Position numbers and translations under genes: made by a program
The notes under the pieces: generated by a model
The model's database searches: none
The model's input: only the letters and a program-made list of their open reading frames with translations
Told to the model about the DNA's origin: nothing
Part shown: positions 25,523-32,000 of the stretch, in pieces
Layout: each line of letters begins with the position of its first letter
How positions within the stretch are numbered: the stretch's first letter is position 1
NCBI RefSeq assembly: GCF_000189295.2
Contig: NC_016803.1
Location: 810,001 to 842,000, forward strand
DNA from: Pseudodesulfovibrio mercurii
Lineage (GTDB): Bacteria; Desulfobacterota; Desulfovibrionia; Desulfovibrionales; Desulfovibrionaceae
Direction: 5' to 3'
Length of the DNA: 32,000 bases

Positions 25523-27409
25523 CTATTGGCGCATGGATTCGAAGGCGGGCCGGAAGACCTCCTGGATGGCGATGGCCCCGTCCGTGCTCAGGTGGTTCTC
25601 GTCCATGTACAGGAAGGCCCCGTCGCGCACCGAGGAGAGTCGCCCGTCGCGGAGGAGGAGCGGCCAGGGGTCGAGCAGGTGGAACGCCAGGTCGTGGATG
25701 TCGCCCAGGGCCGCACCGGCAAAGTGCCGCTGTTCGGTGGAGACCTCCTCCACATACGGCCTGCTCAGGATCCGCGTCATGACGATCGGGTCTTTGGAGA
25801 ACTGCGGGACCTGCTCCATGATCCAGACGCGGCTCCCGTTGTCGAGCAGCCTGCGCACGGTCTGACGCAGTTCGAGCATGGCCGTCGAGACGTTCCATTC
25901 CGGTTGCGCACCGAAGTATTTCCACTTGTCCGTCAGGTAGTAGCGGTCCCACTTGGCGACGAGGATGACGTTGGGGATTTTTCTCTCCAGGGCGTAGCGC
26001 AGCCATTCATGGGCAAAGGGCGGATCGCCGAGCTTGTGGGAGCGGCGGATGTTCTCCAGGGGCCCTGTCCCGTCCTTCATGGCCGCCTCTCCGGGCACGG
26101 CGTACTCCTCGGCCAGGCGCATCAGGGCCGGGCTCGTAGACCAGGCATGGCTGTCGCCGATGAGCAGGAACCGGGGCGCGCCCTTGGGACCGACATGGAA
26201 ATAATGTCCCTCCCTGGCCCCGTTCCAGGAAGTGAAGTCCGCCCGCCCGTCCTCGCGCAGGACATACGTGCCCTTGTCCCCGCCCAGGTAGGCCAGGCCG
26301 TATCCGGCCAGGGCCACGGCGACGACGGCCAGGGGCGCGAGCCTGCGCAGGCAGACGGTCCAGGAGATGATTCTCCGGAAGGGCCGCTCCACGTACCGCC
26401 AGGACACGTAGGACAGGCAGATAGTGGCGGCCACCAGGGCGAGATCGGAGTAGATCGTGCTCGTGTAGCCGTACTTCAGGACCATGAGATTGCCCAGGAA
26501 GATGAAGGGCCAATGCCACAGGTACACGGAATAGGAAATCTTGCCGATGACCTGCATGGGTTTCAGGCACAACAGCCTGCCGAGCAGGTGGCGTTCGCCG
26601 GTGGTGATCAGGAACAGCGTCGCCGCCAGGGCCGTGAACAGGGACTTCTCGGCGAAATGGGACCCGCCGCGGTAGTAGACGAAGGCGAAACCGATGACCC
26701 CGAAGGCGGTCACCGAGAGCAGTTCGGTGAGGATCGACCGTTTCCTGAAAAACCTGCGGTCGGCCAGCAGCACCGCCGTGAACAGCCCCAGCAGGAGTTC
26801 CCACATCCGCGTGGGGAGCATGTAGAAGCGGAATTCATAGGACAGGACGTCGCCGCCGTACCGGCAGACCAGGAACGAGGCGACCATGGCCAGGAACAGG
26901 GAGCCGATGACCGCCCATTTCCGGCGCGATGTCCCGCCCGCCAGGAGCAGGAAGCAGCTGGGGATGATGAGATAGAACTGCTCCTCGATCCCCAGCGTCC
27001 ACGTGTGCAGCAGCGGGGACAGGGTGGAGCTGACGGCGAAATAGCCCGTCTTCTGCCAGAAAAAGATGTTGGAAACGGAAAAGAGCGCGGCGAAGAACGA
27101 CTGGCAGTATTCCGTGAAGACGTGCGTCCGGGCGACCAGGAGCGCCATGGGGTAGGAGCCGATCAGGCTGATCAGCAGCGCGGGAAGGATACGCCGGGCG
27201 CGGCGCAGGTAAAAGGCGGAGAGCGACACGGTGCCGCTTACCCGGCTCTCCTCCAGCAGCAGCGAGGAGATGAGGTAGCCGGAGATGACGAAAAAGATAT
27301 CGACCCCGAGCCATCCGCCGCTGAAGCCCGCCCACCCCAGGTGGAAGAACAGTACGCCGAGCACGGCGACGGCCCTCAGGCCGTCGATTTCTCTTCTGTA
27401 TTCAATCAT
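25523..27409 (-). CDS. Acyltransferase-3 family O-acyltransferase with C-terminal SGNH domain (OafA/YrhL-like)
   Basis: N-terminal EIDGLRAVAVLGVLFFH and about 10 TM helices. The C-terminal domain has GDSH (LLIGDSHAWS) and DxxH (DENHLS) SGNH blocks. Confidence 0.88.
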   Translation of the reverse strand: MIEYRREIDGLRAVAVLGVLFFHLGWAGFSGGWLGVDIFFVISGYLISSLLLEESRVSGTVSLSAFYLRRARRILPALLISLIGSYPMALLVARTHVFTEYCQSFFAALFSVSNIFFWQKTGYFAVSSTLSPLLHTWTLGIEEQFYLIIPSCFLLLAGGTSRRKWAVIGSLFLAMVASFLVCRYGGDVLSYEFRFYMLPTRMWELLLGLFTAVLLADRRFFRKRSILTELLSVTAFGVIGFAFVYYRGGSHFAEKSLFTALAATLFLITTGERHLLGRLLCLKPMQVIGKISYSVYLWHWPFIFLGNLMVLKYGYTSTIYSDLALVAATICLSYVSWRYVERPFRRIISWTVCLRRLAPLAVVAVALAGYGLAYLGGDKGTYVLREDGRADFTSWNGAREGHYFHVGPKGAPRFLLIGDSHAWSTSPALMRLAEEYAVPGEAAMKDGTGPLENIRRSHKLGDPPFAHEWLRYALERKIPNVILVAKWDRYYLTDKWKYFGAQPEWNVSTAMLELRQTVRRLLDNGSRVWIMEQVPQFSKDPIVMTRILSRPYVEEVSTEQRHFAGAALGDIHDLAFHLLDPWPLLLRDGRLSSVRDGAFLYMDENHLSTDGAIAIQEVFRPAFESMRQ

Positions 27410-27818
27410 GTTTCATAGGATGGCGTTCACGGGTGTTCGGGGAATCCGCAGGCATCGGTTCGCCCATCCGCCGACACGGGACAATACCTCGACAGCCCCG
27501 GCAAAACAGGCAGAAATTAGGTAGCCAACTTCCCCGACTGTTGTAAAGGCCGATTTCGCCGCCGGGCCCCCATCCACGAAAGAGGCTATCCGCCCCGCCG
27601 GGGCGAGAGGCAGGAGCGAAGGACCGGGGGACCGACGGGCGCGGGCGATGGACAAGGGGGGTCTCCGCCCTGGACAGCGTCCCCCGGATGGCGCTAGGTT
27701 GCCGCCGTCGGCGAACCGCTTGACCCGTCGGCCCAAGTACGACACATTCCCTCTTTCGGACGGGAGGACTCCCGCCACCGACAGAAAGCGCCCCCATGCG
27801 GGGGCCCGGAAACAACCG

Positions 27819-28850
27819 ATGAAAGACATTTCCAACCTGCACCCGAAAAAAATCCTGGTCTGCCAGCTCCGGCAGATCGGCGACGTGCTTCTGGCCACGC
27901 CGTCCCTCCAACTGCTCAAGGAGCGCTTTCCCGACGCGGAAATCCACCTGCTGACCGAGAAGAAGTGCCTGCCGGTGGTGGAGAACAACCCCCATGTTTC
28001 CCACGTCTGGGCCATCGACAAGAACAAGCTCAGGAACCCGCTCACGGCCCTGCTCTGGTATCGCAAGGTGGGCCGAGGCGGCTATGATCTCATCGTGGAC
28101 TTCCAGCGGCTGCCCCGCTGCCGGTACGTGGTCATGTTCTCGGACGCCCCGGTCAAGCTGACCCAGTACACCGCCTGGTACAACCGCATCTTCTACACCC
28201 ACTTCAGCGACGTCATCTACGGCTACGCGGCCGGACTCAAGGCGTCCATCCTGCGCCCGCTGGGCATCCACTGGAACGGCGAGCTGCCCAAGCTCTACCT
28301 GACCGAGGACGAGCGCGCCTGGGCCGCCGAATTTCTCCGGGCCGAGGGGCTCACGGAAAACCGCTTCGTGACCATCGACCCGTCCCACCGGCGGATCACC
28401 CGCAAGTGGCCCGAGCGCCACTACGCCGGGCTGATCAAGCTCATGCGCGAGCGCCATCCCGAACTGAAGTTCCTCATCCTCTACGGGCCGGGCGAGATCG
28501 GCGTGGCCCGCAAGGTGGCCGAGCTGGCGGGCGAGGGCGCGGTGGTCTCCGAGACCATGCTGACCCTGCGCCAGATGGGCGCCGTCATGGAGCGGGCCGC
28601 CCTGCACGTGGGCAACTGCTCGGCCCCGAGGCACTTCGCCGTGGCCGTGGACACCCCGTCCCTGGCCATCCACGGGGCCACGGGCTTCGGCTGGTGCCCC
28701 AAGTCCGAGCGCCACTCCAGCGTGGACAAGGGGCTGCCCTGCCGCTCCTGCAATAAGAACACCTGCCCCACCCTGGAGTGCCTGGAGACCTTCCTGCCCG
28801 AGGAATGCCTGGACGAGGCCCTCCGCCTGCTCGCCTTCAAGCTCAAGTGA
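27819..28850 (+). CDS. Glycosyltransferase family 9 (ADP-heptose:LPS heptosyltransferase-like)
   Basis: The ATG at 27819 gives MKDISNLHPKKILVCQLRQIGDVLLATPSLQLLKERFPDAEIHLL, the GT9 N-terminal signature. A C-terminal Cys-rich tail (CRSCNKNTCPTLEC) is seen in this family. The upstream ORF extension is Arg/Pro-rich and rejected. Confidence 0.85.
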   Translation: MKDISNLHPKKILVCQLRQIGDVLLATPSLQLLKERFPDAEIHLLTEKKCLPVVENNPHVSHVWAIDKNKLRNPLTALLWYRKVGRGGYDLIVDFQRLPRCRYVVMFSDAPVKLTQYTAWYNRIFYTHFSDVIYGYAAGLKASILRPLGIHWNGELPKLYLTEDERAWAAEFLRAEGLTENRFVTIDPSHRRITRKWPERHYAGLIKLMRERHPELKFLILYGPGEIGVARKVAELAGEGAVVSETMLTLRQMGAVMERAALHVGNCSAPRHFAVAVDTPSLAIHGATGFGWCPKSERHSSVDKGLPCRSCNKNTCPTLECLETFLPEECLDEALRLLAFKLK

Positions 28851-28936
28851 GCCCCGCCTTGCCATGGGCAGGCACAGGATATATACAGTCTTGCATCATC
28901 ATTCGCCATTTTCCCGGCCGAGGCCGTTGGAGCGCC

Positions 28937-29947
28937 ATGCAGCTTGAGAACAAGAAAATACTGGTCACCGGGTCGGACGGGTTCATCGGCTCCCACCTGG
29001 TGGAACACCTGGTCCGGCGGGGCTATGACGTCCGCGCCTTTGTCCTGTACAACTCCTTCAATTCCTGGGGCTGGCTCGACGAGTCGCCCAGGGACATCCG
29101 GGATTCCCTGGACATCTTCGCGGGCGACGTGCGCGATCCCAACGGGGTGCGCACGGCCATGAAGGGATGCGACGTGGTCCTGCACCTGGCCGCGCTCATC
29201 GCCATCCCCTACTCCTATCACTCCCCGGACACCTACGTGGACACCAACGTCAAGGGCACCCTGAACATCGTCCAGGCGGCCCGCGACCTCGGCGTGGAAC
29301 GCTGCGTGGTCACCTCCACCAGCGAGGTCTACGGCACGGCGCGCTTCGTGCCCATCACCGAGGACCACCCGCTCCAGGGCCAGTCGCCCTACTCGGCCAC
29401 CAAGATCGGCGCGGACCAGATCGCCATGAGCTTTTACAACGCCTTCGAGACCCCGGTGTCGCTCATCCGCCCGTTCAACACCTACGGGCCCAGGCAGTCC
29501 GCCCGCGCGGTCATCCCCACGGTCATCACCCAGATCGCCAACGGCGCGGAAACGATCAAGCTCGGGGCCCTGACCCCCACCCGCGACTTCAACTACGTTT
29601 CCGACACTGTGCGCGGCTTCGAGGCCGTGACCCAGTCCGACGCCTGCGTGGGCGAGGTGGTCAACGTGGGCAGCGGGTTCGAGGTGTCCATCGGCGACAC
29701 GGCCAGGGCCATCGCCGAGGTCATGGGCGCGGACATCGAGATCGTCTGCGAGCAGGAGCGCGTCCGCCCGGCCAAGAGCGAGGTGGAGCGGCTGTTCGCG
29801 GGCAACGAGAAGGCCAAACGGCTGTGCGGCTGGGAGCCGGAATTCGGCGGGCTGGACGGTTTCAAGCGGGGCCTCAAGCTGACCGCCGAGTGGTTCGCCG
29901 ACCCGGACAACCTGCGGCGCTACAAGGCCGACATCTACAACATCTAG
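28937..29947 (+). CDS. legB: NAD-dependent sugar-nucleotide 4,6-dehydratase (LegB-like SDR)
   Basis: Rossmann motif VTGSDGFIGSHL, catalytic STSEVYG and YSATK, and the YNSFNSWGWLD segment I associate with LegB-type dehydratases. It is followed by aminotransferase and NeuB genes. Confidence 0.75.
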   Translation: MQLENKKILVTGSDGFIGSHLVEHLVRRGYDVRAFVLYNSFNSWGWLDESPRDIRDSLDIFAGDVRDPNGVRTAMKGCDVVLHLAALIAIPYSYHSPDTYVDTNVKGTLNIVQAARDLGVERCVVTSTSEVYGTARFVPITEDHPLQGQSPYSATKIGADQIAMSFYNAFETPVSLIRPFNTYGPRQSARAVIPTVITQIANGAETIKLGALTPTRDFNYVSDTVRGFEAVTQSDACVGEVVNVGSGFEVSIGDTARAIAEVMGADIEIVCEQERVRPAKSEVERLFAGNEKAKRLCGWEPEFGGLDGFKRGLKLTAEWFADPDNLRRYKADIYNI

Positions 29948-29955
29948 GACGATCC

Positions 29956-31074
29956 GTGGACGCCATCATCCGATTCATACGGCAGCTCTACGACGAGCCG
30001 GAAGGGTTCATTCCCCTGCACGCCCCGGTCTTCACCGGGCGGGAAAAGGAATACCTGGCCCGCTGCATCGACACCACCTTCGTGTCCAGCGTGGGCGAAT
30101 ACGTGACCCGCTTCGAGGAGATGACCCGCGACTTCACCGGCGCGGCCAGGGCCGTGGCCGTGGTCAACGGCACCTGCGGCCTGACCGCCGCGCTCTCCCT
30201 GGTCGGCGTGGGCCACGGCGACCTGGTCCTGAGCCAGGCCCTGACCTTCGTGGCCACGGCCAACGCGATCTCCAACACGGGCGCGACCCCGATCTTTCTC
30301 GACTCCGACCCGGACACCCTGGGCATGAGCCCGGACGCGCTGCGGGCCTGGTTCGCGGCCAACCCCGAAAAGATCGCGCGCGTCAAGGCGTGCGTGCCGG
30401 TCCACATCCTGGGCCACGCCTGCCGCATCCGCGAGATCTGCGCCGTCTGCGACGAGCACGCCATCCCGGTGGTGGAGGACGCGGCCGAGGGGCTGGGTTC
30501 CTTCCTGAACGGACAACACCTGGGCACCTTCGGCAGGCTCGGCGTGCTCAGCTACAACGGCAACAAGACCATCACCACCGGCGGCGGGGGCATGATCCTG
30601 GCCGGCGACGAGGACTTCGGCAACCTGGTCAAGCACCGGACCGCCACGGCCAAGGTGCCGCACCGCTGGGAGTTCCGCCACGACGCCGTGGCCTGGAACT
30701 ACCGCATGCCGAACATCAACGCGGCGCTGGGTTGCGCCCAGATGGAAAAGCTCGACGAGATCCTGGCCGACAAGCGGGTCGTGGCCGCCGCCTACCGCGA
30801 CTTCTTCGCGGACGTGGACGGCGTGGACTTCGTGGACGCGCCCCCCGGCTGCCTGTCGAATTTCTGGCTGAACACCGTGCTCTTCAGGGACCGCGAGGCG
30901 CGCGACGCCTTCCTGGCCCTGTCCAACGACGCGGGCGTCATGACCCGGCCCCTGTGGGCCCTCATGGCCGACCTGCCCATGTACGCGGACAACGACAACG
31001 ACGGGCTGAAAAACGCCCGCGAGCTGTCGGCGCGGGCCGTGAACCTGCCCAGCGGGCCGAGACTCAAGGCGTAG
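29956..31074 (+). CDS. legC: DegT/DnrJ/EryC1-type PLP aminotransferase (LegC-like)
   Basis: GTG at 29956 lies in frame in ORF 29167..31074, 9 nt after legB. Has IPLHAPVFTGREKEYLARCIDTTFVSSVG and the PLP-lysine region SYNGNKTITTGGGGM. The exact start is uncertain. Confidence 0.75.
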   Translation: MDAIIRFIRQLYDEPEGFIPLHAPVFTGREKEYLARCIDTTFVSSVGEYVTRFEEMTRDFTGAARAVAVVNGTCGLTAALSLVGVGHGDLVLSQALTFVATANAISNTGATPIFLDSDPDTLGMSPDALRAWFAANPEKIARVKACVPVHILGHACRIREICAVCDEHAIPVVEDAAEGLGSFLNGQHLGTFGRLGVLSYNGNKTITTGGGGMILAGDEDFGNLVKHRTATAKVPHRWEFRHDAVAWNYRMPNINAALGCAQMEKLDEILADKRVVAAAYRDFFADVDGVDFVDAPPGCLSNFWLNTVLFRDREARDAFLALSNDAGVMTRPLWALMADLPMYADNDNDGLKNARELSARAVNLPSGPRLKA

Positions 31075-31076
31075 CC

Positions 31077-32000
31077 ATGCAGCGCGAACCGATCTTCCTC
31101 ATCGCCGAGGCGGGCGTGAACCACAACGGCGACCTGGACCTGGCCAAACAGCTCATCGACCTGGCCGCCGAGGCCGGGGCCGACGCGGTCAAGTTCCAGA
31201 CCTTCCGGGCCGAGGAGATCGTCACCGACACGGCGCAGAAGGCCGCCTACCAGAAGGAGACCTCCGGGGCCGGGGAATCGCAGTTCGCCATGCTCAAGCG
31301 GCTCGAACTGGACGTGAACGCCCACAGGCTGCTCATGGACCACTGCCGCAGGCGCAACATCGCCTTTCTGTCCACCCCCTTCGACGCGCAGAGCCTGGAC
31401 ATGCTCATCGACATGGGGCTGCCACTCATCAAGGTCCCGTCGGGCGAGATCACCAACCTGCCCTACCTGCGCAGGGTTGGGGCCAAGGGGCTGCCGGTCA
31501 TCCTGTCCACGGGCATGGCCACGCTCGACGAAGTGCGCGCGGCCGTATCCGTGCTGACCAAGGCGGGGACCCCGGCCGGGCAAATCACGGTGCTGCACTG
31601 CAACACCCAGTATCCCACGCCCGTGGAGGACGCCAACCTGCGGGCCATGACCACCCTGGCCGAAACGTTTCCCGAATGCCGCGTGGGCTGCTCGGACCAC
31701 ACGCCGGGCATCGCCTGCGCCGTGGCCGCGGCGGCCATGGGGGCGGCCGTGATCGAAAAGCATTTCACCCTGGACAAGTCCCTGCCCGGCCCGGACCACG
31801 CGGCCTCCATGGACCCGGACGAGCTCAAGGCCATGGTCCGGTCCGTGCGCGAGGTGGAGCGGGCCCTGGGCGACGGGGTCAAGAAGCCGAGCCCCTCGGA
31901 GCGGGCCAACATCGACGTGGCCCGGCGGTTTCTGGTGGCCACCGCGCCCATCAAGGCGGGCGAACCGTTCACCGAGGCCAACGTGGCGGCCCGGCGCACG
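31077..32000 (+). CDS. neuB: N-acetylneuraminate/legionaminate synthase family (NeuB/LegI-like), 3' end cut by window edge
   Basis: My translation from ATG 31077 reads MQREPIFLIAEAGVNHNGDLDLAKQLIDLAAEAGADAVKFQTF...LSTPFD...IKVPSGEITN...ILSTGMATLDEV...HC.TQYPTP. The frame is open to the window end. Confidence 0.88.
   Translation, partial: MQREPIFLIAEAGVNHNGDLDLAKQLIDLAAEAGADAVKFQTFRAEEIVTDTAQKAAYQKETSGAGESQFAMLKRLELDVNAHRLLMDHCRRRNIAFLSTPFDAQSLDMLIDMGLPLIKVPSGEITNLPYLRRVGAKGLPVILSTGMATLDEVRAAVSVLTKAGTPAGQITVLHCNTQYPTPVEDANLRAMTTLAETFPECRVGCSDHTPGIACAVAAAAMGAAVIEKHFTLDKSLPGPDHAASMDPDELKAMVRSVREVERALGDGVKKPSPSERANIDVARRFLVATAPIKAGEPFTEANVAARRT

Noticed and set aside
25526-27418. 630-aa plus-strand ORF
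   Set aside because: It is antisense to the AT3-SGNH acyltransferase gene, has shadow-ORF composition (Gly/Asp/Gln/Arg/Pro) and no motifs.

Overview
High-GC, densely coded chromosomal segment. Gene content suggests a Desulfovibrio/Pseudodesulfovibrio-type sulfate reducer; this rests on a TunR-type regulator, a three-gene split glutamate synthase and intergenic GGGAACCCTTT palindromes. I support 26 protein-coding genes. In window order they are: an AapQMP-type amino-acid ABC importer (5' truncated); a lone PEP-CTERM secreted protein behind an AT-rich promoter; a SulP/STAS anion permease; a tungstate/molybdate locus (tunR divergent from modA-modB-DUF364, with no modC); an MsbA-like ABC exporter translationally coupled to a DUF922 secreted Zn-protease-like protein; a split glutamate synthase operon (amidotransferase, Fd-FMN core, GXGXG-GltD-Fd fusion); a co-directional string of REC-HK-REC hybrid kinase, AI-2E transporter, MltA and an orphan HicB antitoxin; a GlnHPQ-type amino-acid ABC importer; and a glycan-modification block (AT3-SGNH O-acyltransferase, GT9 heptosyltransferase, LegB/LegC/NeuB-like nonulosonic-acid genes, 3' truncated). 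Several good rho-independent terminators and long palindromes lie between genes. I saw no rRNA, tRNA, CRISPR array, transposase or prophage genes. Most very long ORFs in the six-frame track lie antisense to, or out of frame with, these genes and are high-GC artefacts. I do not see a clearly novel multi-gene system. The best leads are the modAB-DUF364 operon lacking an ATPase under a catalytically dead recombinase-type regulator, an orphan HicB in a low-GC patch, a family of intergenic palindromic elements including a 57-nt homopurine/homopyrimidine hairpin, and candidate operators shared by two nitrogen/amino-acid promoters.
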